Part shown: positions 16,633 to 24,546 of the stretch, piece after piece
Position numbering within the stretch: position 1 is the first letter of the stretch
Layout of the letters: the number at the start of each line of letters is the position of its first letter
Virus record (IMG/VR): IMGVR_UViG_3300020043_003632
Location: 1 to 25,275 of that record
Strand: one strand, 5' to 3'
Source: a virus
Taxonomy: Duplodnaviria; Caudoviricetes
DNA length: 25,275 bases
Program-made: the position numbers and the translations under genes
The notes under the pieces: generated by a model
What the model was told of the DNA's origin: nothing
What the model saw: the letters and a program-made list of their open reading frames with translations, nothing else
The model's database searches: none

Positions 16633-17208
16633 GTGCTAACCATCCAAGCAATAGCGGCCCGACACGATGAGTGGATTAAGATGGCGAATTACTTGGGTAG
16701 CGATAGCCCCGAAGACGTGGTTCAAGAAATGTATCTTAAACTTTGCGAGGATATCGATTTGGTTGCACGGATTGAGTATAAAAAAGGTGAGGTAAATTCT
16801 TGGTATATCTTTTCGATACTGCGAAGCAAAATAGTTGATGCCCATCGCAAGACCAAAAGAGAATATTATGATGAAACATTGTACGACCCGATTTTGCCGC
16901 CTGATGATAGCGAAAATGAATACGAGGAGTTAATGATTGAAATAAAATTGACCATCGACAAAATGAGCGATTACGACCAAATGTTATTGGAACTGCATTT
17001 CGTTTATAAATTGTCGATGAGGGAAATTGAAAAGCGCACTGGCATCCCTTTACATTCAATTTTTAATCGTTTGATGAATGCAAAAAATTTAATTAAATTC
17101 GAAAATAATGGAAAATATAAAAGTTACTGCGAAGCACTCGACCAAAAAGAGGCCATCGCAAGGCCTCGGCGATACGATAGCCAAAGTCACGAAAGCAACG
17201 GGTATTGA
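16633..17208 (+). CDS. Phage-encoded sigma-70 family (ECF-like) sigma factor
   Basis: Region 2-like EDVVQEMYLKL...DAHRK and region 4-like LSMREIEKRTGIPLHSIFNRL. Confidence 0.8.
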   Translation: MLTIQAIAARHDEWIKMANYLGSDSPEDVVQEMYLKLCEDIDLVARIEYKKGEVNSWYIFSILRSKIVDAHRKTKREYYDETLYDPILPPDDSENEYEELMIEIKLTIDKMSDYDQMLLELHFVYKLSMREIEKRTGIPLHSIFNRLMNAKNLIKFENNGKYKSYCEALDQKEAIARPRRYDSQSHESNGY

Positions 17209-17512
17209 AAAGGTAGTGAAATTTATTGCGGGTGAGGATTGCGGATGCGACGAGCGCAAAGTAAAGTTAAACCAAATGTTTCCGTATGGAAAACAACCCC
17301 TTTGTTTAACCGAAGCCGAGTTTCATTGGTTCCAAAACTACAAAAGTCAAAATGCAACGCATCTAAGCAAAGAAATGGCCGACCAAATTAGCCAAATTTG
17401 GAGCCGTATATTTCAGGCACGAAGAGTTTACCGCCCGTGTACTTGTAACCCCCGTGAATGGTCTAAAATGGTAGAGGAAATAAATAAAGTTTACGAAACG
17501 TATGAACATTGA
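17108..17512 (+). CDS. Hypothetical phage protein with Cys motifs
   Basis: GLGDTIAKVTKATGI..DCGCDERK..LN and PCTC motifs. Overlaps the sigma gene 3' end by 101 nt. Confidence 0.7.
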   Translation: MENIKVTAKHSTKKRPSQGLGDTIAKVTKATGIEKVVKFIAGEDCGCDERKVKLNQMFPYGKQPLCLTEAEFHWFQNYKSQNATHLSKEMADQISQIWSRIFQARRVYRPCTCNPREWSKMVEEINKVYETYEH

Positions 17513-18020
17513 GATTAAAAAACTAAGCGAATTAAAACCCGCACCATACAACCCACGGGAATCCACCAAAAGACAAGAGGCGGATTTGGCGAGGTCATTG
17601 GAAAAGTTCGGAGTAGTAGAGCCAATTATTTGGAACAAGCAAACTGGATACATTGTAGGCGGACACTTTCGAGTAAGGGAATTAATAAAGCAAGGTTACG
17701 AGGCCATTGAATGCGTAATCGTAGACCTATCCCCCGAAGATGAAAAGGAGTTGAATATAAGGCTAAATGCAAATACGGGCCAATGGGATTGGGATTCAAT
17801 TGCAAACAATTTTGAGATTGAGGAAGTATCGGATTGGGGATTAAGCATTCCTATCGAGGTTTTTGATGAAGACGAAGATGAGCAACCCAAAGAAAAAAAT
17901 CCCTACACCAAAAATATTACCCTAACTTATTCCATCGAAGAGGCCGAGCGCATAGAATCCGAACTTTATAACATCGCATCGACACTTGAACAAGCCGTGC
18001 AAATACTACTGCAAAAATGA
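17502..18020 (+). CDS. ParB/Srx N-terminal domain protein
   Basis: LKPAPYNPR, SLEKFGVVEPII, IVGGHFR, NIRLN..G.WD. Confidence 0.8.
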   Translation: MNIEIKKLSELKPAPYNPRESTKRQEADLARSLEKFGVVEPIIWNKQTGYIVGGHFRVRELIKQGYEAIECVIVDLSPEDEKELNIRLNANTGQWDWDSIANNFEIEEVSDWGLSIPIEVFDEDEDEQPKEKNPYTKNITLTYSIEEAERIESELYNIASTLEQAVQILLQK

Positions 18021-18205
18021 AAGCATATAGAAACACACTTAATACCCTCCCCGATGATTTCACCCCCGTACTTGTATTCGAGGCGGGAAACGATGTGGCC
18101 TACGTTGGATACCACGATGAGGGTAATTGGTTTGAGGCTCACACGGGCGAACCATTAAACGAGGTTACTTACTGGATGCCCATCCCGCTACTCCCGTACC
18201 AATGA
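18017..18205 (+). CDS. DUF551-like protein
   Basis: C-terminal VTYWMPIP. Confidence 0.65.
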   Translation: MKAYRNTLNTLPDDFTPVLVFEAGNDVAYVGYHDEGNWFEAHTGEPLNEVTYWMPIPLLPYQ

Positions 18206-18480
18206 AAAACCACGTTAAAGTTTACTTGAGCCACTTTGGATATAGTCAAGGTGAATATATACCTTGCGAAAATTGCGGCGGAAATGGTGTCGATATTCAT
18301 CATTTGAAATTTAGGTCGCAAGGCGGCGATGACCACATAACTAATTTAATGTGTTTGTGTCGTGATTGCCACTTTGAAGTGCATAACGGAACGAAGATAA
18401 AAACCGAAGATTTAATCAAAAAGCATTACCGAGTTTTAGGTATAGAAAAAGCAACGATAGCCGATGATGAGCAGCAATAG
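18202..18480 (+). CDS. Small HNH endonuclease
   Basis: CENC..VDIHH..RSQGG..NLMCLCRDCH..VH. Confidence 0.8.
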   Translation: MKNHVKVYLSHFGYSQGEYIPCENCGGNGVDIHHLKFRSQGGDDHITNLMCLCRDCHFEVHNGTKIKTEDLIKKHYRVLGIEKATIADDEQQ

Positions 18481-19468
18481 AATTATAGTGTTAATCGATT
18501 CGGTGGGGGCCGTGGAATACCATCGCTTGGCTATGCCGTTTGAATACATCAAAGAGCGGACTAAGATTACCTTTGCCGTTCAAGAAGCCGAAATAAACGC
18601 CGTGGATTTTTCCGAGTTCGACGTTTGTGTAATATCGAGGTATTTAGTGAATATGGATAAGTTAAGGGAAGCCAAAGCAAAGGGCTTGAAAATAATTGTC
18701 GACATAGATGATTATTGGAACGTTCCCAAATACAACCCCGCTTATAAACTTTATAACGAAAAGGGCAAAAAATCAGTAATTGAAAGCCTAAAATTAGCGG
18801 ATATGGTTTGGGTTACCACTTGGCAACTTGCCGAAAAGGTAGCCGAAATAAATCCCAATGTACACATAATCCCAAATTACATTGATACAAGCGTGAGCCA
18901 GTGGCACGAAGTCGCTGAACACCCATTCACAATTGGGTACGTTGGGGGCTTTTCCCACTTGGAAGATTTAAAATTATTACGGGGGCAAATGGAAACGCTA
19001 TGTACAAAATACAACGCCCGTTTTTTACTTTGCGGATACAAGCATTTAGACCCTTTGTACTTGGAATTTGAAAAGGCAGTTCACGATAGCAAGGATAGGC
19101 CTGATTGGTTTTGGGTTGCCGAGGCTACGAATGTATTGCAGTACGGCAAATACTACGCTCATATTGATTTGGTTTTAGCCCCATTAGCAAAGACCAATTT
19201 TAACCGACACAAAAGTGAATTAAAGATAGTTGAGGCCGCCGCTTACAAATTACCCATTGCCGTGAGTGATGTGGAACCATACACGAACCATAAAGAAAAT
19301 GAGGGGGTGACCTTTGTCAAAAATAACGATTGGATTTCCGCCGTGGGCGAGATGATTGAAGGTAAAAAATTAAAGGAGCAAGGGCAAAAGAATTTTGAAT
19401 ACTGTCAAGAACACCACAATATTGATACGATAAATCAAAAGAGAATGGAACTGCTTAATTTAATGTGA
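18464..19468 (+). CDS. Glycosyltransferase (GT-B, GT4-like)
   Basis: YHRL.MP, DIDDYW, IGYVGG.SH..D, LAPL...FNRHKSELK..EAA....P...SDV.PY. Confidence 0.8.
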   Translation: MMSSNRIIVLIDSVGAVEYHRLAMPFEYIKERTKITFAVQEAEINAVDFSEFDVCVISRYLVNMDKLREAKAKGLKIIVDIDDYWNVPKYNPAYKLYNEKGKKSVIESLKLADMVWVTTWQLAEKVAEINPNVHIIPNYIDTSVSQWHEVAEHPFTIGYVGGFSHLEDLKLLRGQMETLCTKYNARFLLCGYKHLDPLYLEFEKAVHDSKDRPDWFWVAEATNVLQYGKYYAHIDLVLAPLAKTNFNRHKSELKIVEAAAYKLPIAVSDVEPYTNHKENEGVTFVKNNDWISAVGEMIEGKKLKEQGQKNFEYCQEHHNIDTINQKRMELLNLM

Positions 19469-19484
19469 AACAAAAGTGAGCGAT

Positions 19485-19808
19485 ATGGCAAACGAAGAAA
19501 ACTTAACACCATTTGAAAAGGGAAGCATCCCTAACCCAAACGGCCGACCAAAGGGAAGCAAGAACCGAAGCACAATAGCCCGTAAATGGTTGGAAACAAT
19601 GCAGAACGCAAAGAACCCAATTACTGGCATTGATGAGAACCTAAGCCAAGAAGATTTAATTACTTTGGCAATGATACACAAAGCCCGAAAGGGTGACGTG
19701 GCGGCCTATAAACAATTAATGGATTCGACCTTTGGTATGCCGATGCAACAAATTGAAAATACCATTATTGAACAACCACTATTTCCCGAGGAACCAACCA
19801 ATGAATAA
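19485..19808 (+). CDS. Terminase small subunit (DUF5681-like N-terminus)
   Basis: NLTPFEKG..PNPNGRPKGSKN and KARKGDVAAYK, upstream of TerL. Confidence 0.7.
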   Translation: MANEENLTPFEKGSIPNPNGRPKGSKNRSTIARKWLETMQNAKNPITGIDENLSQEDLITLAMIHKARKGDVAAYKQLMDSTFGMPMQQIENTIIEQPLFPEEPTNE

Positions 19809-20004
19809 TATTGAGCCATCGCATTATCAAGGGGAAGTTGAGTGCATTGAGGCAATTAAAGCCAGTATGCCAACGCAACAATTTTTAGGTTACTTGAAAG
19901 GGAACGTGCAAAAATATCTTTGGAGGTACGACCGAAAAAATGGGTTGGAAGATTTACGCAAGGCGCAATGGTACTTAAATAGGTTGATATCTGAACTTGG
20001 ATAA
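19801..20004 (+). CDS. DUF3310 (SaV-like) protein
   Basis: PSHYQGEVECIEAI...GNVQKYLWR..KNG.EDLRKAQWYL. Start set at ATG 19801. Confidence 0.8.
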   Translation: MNNIEPSHYQGEVECIEAIKASMPTQQFLGYLKGNVQKYLWRYDRKNGLEDLRKAQWYLNRLISELG

Positions 20005-20019
20005 AAAGAATGTTTATGG

Positions 20020-20027
20020 TATCTTTG
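20020..20027 (+). promoter_or_regulatory. Bacteroidota -7 promoter box TATCTTTG
   Basis: Consensus match 4 nt before ATG 20032. Confidence 0.6.
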
Positions 20028-20031
20028 ATAA

Positions 20032-20517
20032 ATGGAAGTATTCAAAGACATAAAAGGGTATGAGGGCATTTACCAAATTTCAAACTTTGGCAATGTTAAG
20101 TCTTTAAAGCGGGTAATTATGCGCAGCGATAATAGAAAGCGAACCATACCCGAAAAAATAAAACGCTCAACGCCCGACCACGGATATAGAAAAGTAGGAT
20201 TGCACGATAAAGATGGGAATGCCAAAACTTATTCTATTCATAGGTTGGTGTTAAAAACATTTTTGCACGAAAGCGACTTGTATGTGGACCACATTGATGG
20301 GGATAAGCACAACAATAATTTGGAAAACTTGCGGTACGTTACAAATTCCGAAAATCTAACCTTTCGCAATACTAACAAAGAATATAAAAGTAAATACCCA
20401 TACGTCTATTATGACAAATCAAGAAACGACTATCGGGTTTATAAGCACGGACCAAGGATAAAAACATTTGAGGAGGCCAAGGCATTAGCGATATGTTTAT
20501 ACGGACCACGGCAATAA
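20032..20517 (+). CDS. NUMOD4-HNH homing endonuclease
   Basis: FKDIKGYEGIYQISNFGNVKS (NUMOD4) and IHRLV...VDHIDGDKHNNNLENL (HNH). Confidence 0.9.
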   Translation: MEVFKDIKGYEGIYQISNFGNVKSLKRVIMRSDNRKRTIPEKIKRSTPDHGYRKVGLHDKDGNAKTYSIHRLVLKTFLHESDLYVDHIDGDKHNNNLENLRYVTNSENLTFRNTNKEYKSKYPYVYYDKSRNDYRVYKHGPRIKTFEEAKALAICLYGPRQ

Positions 20518-21650
20518 ACAAACTTTTAAAACTTAACAAATTTGTTAAGGGCGTTCAGGGTGGTTCCAGTGCGGGGAAAACTTATGGGATAATACCCATT
20601 GAGATAAACTACGCAATTAGAAACCCAAGCACGGAAACATCTATTGTTGCCGAGTCCATACCTCATTTAAAGCGTGGGGCGATTAGGGATTTTAAAAAGA
20701 TAATGAAGGAAACGAACCGTTGGAATGAATCCAATTGGAACGCAAGTGATTTTAAGTATACATTTTCAAACGAATCGTTTATTGAATTTTTTAGTGCGGA
20801 TAATAGTGCCAAATTAAGAGGCGCACGGCGGGATAGGTTGTATATTAATGAGTGTAATAACATTGATTTTAATTCTTACACCGAATTAGCAATGCGAACC
20901 AAACAATCTATTTTTTTAGATTGGAATCCAACAACGGAATTTTGGTTTCACAATGAGGTTATACACGATGATGACGTTGATTTTATAATTTTAACCTACA
21001 AAGACAATGAAGCCGCCCCGCTTAAATCCGTTGAGTTTATTTTAAAGGCAGAACAAAAAGGTAAAACGTCTGAATATTGGCGGAATTGGCATAGAGTTTA
21101 CGGCTTGGGGGAAATAGGCAATTTGGAGGGCGTTGTATTCAGCAATTACCAATTAGTGGACTCTATACCCGAAGAGGCAAAGTTAATCGGTTACGGCTTG
21201 GATTTTGGTTATAGCAACGACCCTACCGCATTGGTTGGAATCTACTTATTTAACGGGCAAAGGTACATCGACCAAATACTTTACCGCACTGGTATGATGA
21301 ATGGGGAAATAGCCAAGCACATTGAAAGCGGCGTTATTTGTTATGCTGATTCTGCGGAGCCAAAAAGCATCGAGGAAATCCGAAGGTATGGCAAAACAAT
21401 CCGAGGGGTTACGAAAGGCAAGGACTCGATAAACTACGGCATTCAGGTTATGCAAGAACAAGCGTATTTTATTACCAAGCGAAGCACCGACCTAATCAAA
21501 GAATTACGGGGCTACATTTGGGATAAGGACAAAAGCGGTAACACTATGAACCGACCCATTGGGGTGGACCACGCCTTAGATGCGTTCAGGTACCACGAAA
21601 TGGAAGCCATTGGGATTAAGCGTAATTTTGGTCAGTACGACGTGCGTTAA
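20493..21650 (+). CDS. terL: Terminase large subunit, PBSX family
   Basis: Walker A QGGSSAGKT, Walker B LYINEC, DWNP, GLDFGYSNDP and DHALDAFRY nuclease motifs. Confidence 0.93.
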   Translation: MFIRTTAINKLLKLNKFVKGVQGGSSAGKTYGIIPIEINYAIRNPSTETSIVAESIPHLKRGAIRDFKKIMKETNRWNESNWNASDFKYTFSNESFIEFFSADNSAKLRGARRDRLYINECNNIDFNSYTELAMRTKQSIFLDWNPTTEFWFHNEVIHDDDVDFIILTYKDNEAAPLKSVEFILKAEQKGKTSEYWRNWHRVYGLGEIGNLEGVVFSNYQLVDSIPEEAKLIGYGLDFGYSNDPTALVGIYLFNGQRYIDQILYRTGMMNGEIAKHIESGVICYADSAEPKSIEEIRRYGKTIRGVTKGKDSINYGIQVMQEQAYFITKRSTDLIKELRGYIWDKDKSGNTMNRPIGVDHALDAFRYHEMEAIGIKRNFGQYDVR

Positions 21651-21677
21651 AACATTTGCTTTTATTGGCGTTATTTA
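21650..21677 (+). promoter_or_regulatory. Putative phage late promoter, copy 3
   Basis: AAAC(21650)-N15-CGTTATTTA(21669-21677), with ATG 3 nt downstream. Confidence 0.7.
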
Positions 21678-21680
21678 AGT

Positions 21681-22409
21681 ATGGAAATAACGATACCAAC
21701 CCACCTAAGCGAAGTGCCGCTTTATCAGATGGTGGAATATAATTCACTGCCCCACCAAGAAGAAACGGAACGGGGAATAAAAGCCGTTAGTATATTTTTA
21801 GGGCTTACAAATAGTGAAACCGCACGTTTGCCGTTGAAGGTACTTAACAAGGCCGTAGAGCATATCTCTAAATTCCTAAACGAAACCCCCGAACTACAAA
21901 CGACATTCGAACACAAGGGCGTTAAATACGGATTCATCCCGAATATTGATGACATCACAACGGGCGAGTTTATTGATATTGAAAACTACCAAAAAGAACC
22001 TAAGGACACTTACAAAGTTTTAAGCGTTTTATATCGCCCTATCATAAAGGAAGGGCAAGGCAAACGCTACCTTATCGCCCCGTATAAAGGCGAGGTAAAC
22101 GATGCGTTTAAAGATATGCCGAGTGACGTTGCATTTGGTGCGCTGCTTTTTTTTTGGCGTTTAGGAATCGACTTATTGGCTTATACCCTGAAATCTTTGG
22201 AGCAAAAGAGGGAAGTGCTGACGAAAACCAATTCTCAAAAAAATGGGGTTGGATGGGGTTCATACAATTACTCACTGGAGGCGATGTTACAAAATTTAGA
22301 CAAGTTAGTCAACTTCCCATTCATACCTCTTTCGTGTGGGGTGCTTACAAAAGCGATATGGCTGAACTTGAGCGACAAATTATTAATAAAAAACGATGAG
22401 CAAAGATAA
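21681..22409 (+). CDS. Putative tail assembly chaperone (0-frame product)
   Basis: YGFIPNIDDITTGEFID..LYRP motifs; T9 slippery run at 22147-22155. Confidence 0.55.
   Translation: MEITIPTHLSEVPLYQMVEYNSLPHQEETERGIKAVSIFLGLTNSETARLPLKVLNKAVEHISKFLNETPELQTTFEHKGVKYGFIPNIDDITTGEFIDIENYQKEPKDTYKVLSVLYRPIIKEGQGKRYLIAPYKGEVNDAFKDMPSDVAFGALLFFWRLGIDLLAYTLKSLEQKREVLTKTNSQKNGVGWGSYNYSLEAMLQNLDKLVNFPFIPLSCGVLTKAIWLNLSDKLLIKNDEQR
22147..22399 (+). other. -1 frameshift site and alternative C-terminal frame of the chaperone
   Basis: T TTT TTT heptamer at 22148-22154. The -1 frame is open to 22399 and its stop overlaps the next ATG (ATGA). Confidence 0.65.
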
Positions 22410-22890
22410 TTTAGGCGGGATTTTCGCCATACTAAAAGAGATAGCCGATGAGTTAGGTTGGAATTATAGCCACGGGAATATGACCGAAAAGTCATTTAAG
22501 GCCGTGAACGTATATCCATTGCAACACGTCACCATAAATAATATAACCGTTCAAGAGCAAATCGCAACTTATTCGGTAAATATTATAATTGCGGACTTGG
22601 TGAACTTTTTAAAGACCGAGAACGAAGGATTAAATCCCGTTGTGCTTTATTCTGAAATTGGATATACTGAAAATACCAATTACGCCCACGTTTTGCAAGA
22701 ACTTTACGTCTTGTTTAATTTGAAGGTAAGGGAAAAGCGGCTTCAATATGCCGAAGATGTAAATATCGTATACCCATTGACGTTCAATCCTTTTATTGAT
22801 GCCGAGGCGGATGTTTTAGCGGGGTACACCATTACCCTAACTATTGAAGGCAAAGCCCCAACCGTTATAGATTGCTATAATGAAGTATAA
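22396..22890 (+). CDS. Putative tail completion/terminator protein
   Basis: 164 aa with YP..HV and LAGY.ITLTI pattern; in the tail module. Confidence 0.45.
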   Translation: MSKDNLGGIFAILKEIADELGWNYSHGNMTEKSFKAVNVYPLQHVTINNITVQEQIATYSVNIIIADLVNFLKTENEGLNPVVLYSEIGYTENTNYAHVLQELYVLFNLKVREKRLQYAEDVNIVYPLTFNPFIDAEADVLAGYTITLTIEGKAPTVIDCYNEV

Positions 22891-23449
22891 ATTAACCGCT
22901 TTAGTTGTTCAGGATGCCGCCAATTTTATGGCTAAGGCTGCCCAATTGACTTTACAAGCCAAGCATACCCGCACGGCTATTAGAGCCAGTTGGAAAAAGG
23001 TCGGTTCGTCTTGGGAACCAACGAGCGTAACCAAGCAAAAGATAAGGGCGAATTATGTGGCTTCGGGAAATTTAGTGCGAAGCATCCAACCCGTTGCCGA
23101 TGGCTTAGAATTTGGTATTGAGTTTGATTCATACGGCCAAATGTTAATAAACGGCCGACAACCCTTTGGTAAAAATAAAGGGGGCAAAGGAATCCCACCA
23201 AGCACACTAAGGGAGTGGGGCAAAATGCGTAACCTTAGACCAAAGGACCCTAAGAGTGGGCAATTTATAAAGAACACCGATGCAAATCGCAAAGCAATGT
23301 TTTTTATGATGAACCGAAAAATAAAACACTTTGGAATTGAGCCGTTTGATTTTGTAAAAATGCCACGGCGATACACCTTAGATAAATATACCCAACCAAT
23401 TAAAGATGCCATTAGGCAAGATATAACCAACACAATAGCAAACCGATGA
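22880..23449 (+). CDS. Putative neck/tail completion protein (HK97 gp10-like)
   Basis: Basic; ASGNLVRSI, GR.P..., IPP..L.EW, GIEP..F. Confidence 0.5.
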   Translation: MKYKLTALVVQDAANFMAKAAQLTLQAKHTRTAIRASWKKVGSSWEPTSVTKQKIRANYVASGNLVRSIQPVADGLEFGIEFDSYGQMLINGRQPFGKNKGGKGIPPSTLREWGKMRNLRPKDPKSGQFIKNTDANRKAMFFMMNRKIKHFGIEPFDFVKMPRRYTLDKYTQPIKDAIRQDITNTIANR

Positions 23450-24546
23450 ATTTTAACGTACAACCAAGCGGAGTAGTAGGGGCAAATAGCCCTATAATTT
23501 ATCAATTCTTTGATGCCCTTTACACATCGACAAACTTTTATTATAAAGTTGAGGTATTTGTATGGACTGGAACCACAACAATACCCGCCTCCCCCATTGC
23601 GACTATCGAGCGAGTTCCTGACACTTTCGCAAGTGGTCGGGCATTTGTCGATATCCATAAAATTGTTCAGCAATATTTAACCAACGATTTTTTCACGGCT
23701 TCGGGTTACAAGGTAAATGTGAACGGAGGGGCGGTAAATTGTGCCGTTAAGGTTCAGGGGTTCTATACGGGTGGTTCGACCTCATTAATTACCTCCAATG
23801 TGGTTTTGGCCACAAATGGCTATACCTATATGGCCGATGGATTTAACGACCCATTAGTTACTACGGGATTATTGACATCCAAAACTAAATTTATTATACC
23901 GATAGGCACACCAAGTTATTACGTTTGGTTTGATGCTTCGGTCGTTACGGAATTGGAAATTGACGTTACTGCGGTTACCCCAAATACGGTGACGGGAACG
24001 GCCACAAGGATACAAGGCGTTGACTTGGTGCAACTTTACACGAATGCGGGAGCCAGTGGCGATACTACCTTAATAGTTACTGCGGGAGCATCTCAATTTA
24101 ATTTTGCAATTGAACGCCCTTGCCAAAATAGATATGGTTTAATCCCTTTGCATTTTTTAAACCGATGGGGGGTGTATGAATCGTATGTATTTAATGCTTT
24201 ACACCGAACGCAAATAGACGTAACCCGTGAGACATTTCAACGGGCAATGTTTGCCCAAACCGATATGAGCGCACGATGGGCCTACGGATACCAAATAAAT
24301 ACGCCGTACTTGGTAAACGCCAAAGAAAAATACACCTTAAATTCAAATTACATTCCCGAAGATGATAACGACTCGGTGCAACAAATGTATTTAAGCGATA
24401 ATATTTTATTGCAAGATGGGGCGATTAAGAGTGCAACGATTACGGATGCATCGCTTGGATTTAAGACCCGCACAAACGATAAATTAATCGACTATACCAT
24501 TAACGTGGAAGTAAATTCACCTTTAATAAATAAAGTGGTACGATGA
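23446..24546 (+). CDS. Minor tail structural protein
   Basis: 366 aa, beta-rich, FLNRWGVYESYVF; ATGA overlaps. Confidence 0.6.
   Translation: MNFNVQPSGVVGANSPIIYQFFDALYTSTNFYYKVEVFVWTGTTTIPASPIATIERVPDTFASGRAFVDIHKIVQQYLTNDFFTASGYKVNVNGGAVNCAVKVQGFYTGGSTSLITSNVVLATNGYTYMADGFNDPLVTTGLLTSKTKFIIPIGTPSYYVWFDASVVTELEIDVTAVTPNTVTGTATRIQGVDLVQLYTNAGASGDTTLIVTAGASQFNFAIERPCQNRYGLIPLHFLNRWGVYESYVFNALHRTQIDVTRETFQRAMFAQTDMSARWAYGYQINTPYLVNAKEKYTLNSNYIPEDDNDSVQQMYLSDNILLQDGAIKSATITDASLGFKTRTNDKLIDYTINVEVNSPLINKVVR

Noticed and set aside
23053-23673. 206-aa minus-strand ORF
   Set aside because: Antisense to two convincing + strand tail genes, with no recognisable motifs.
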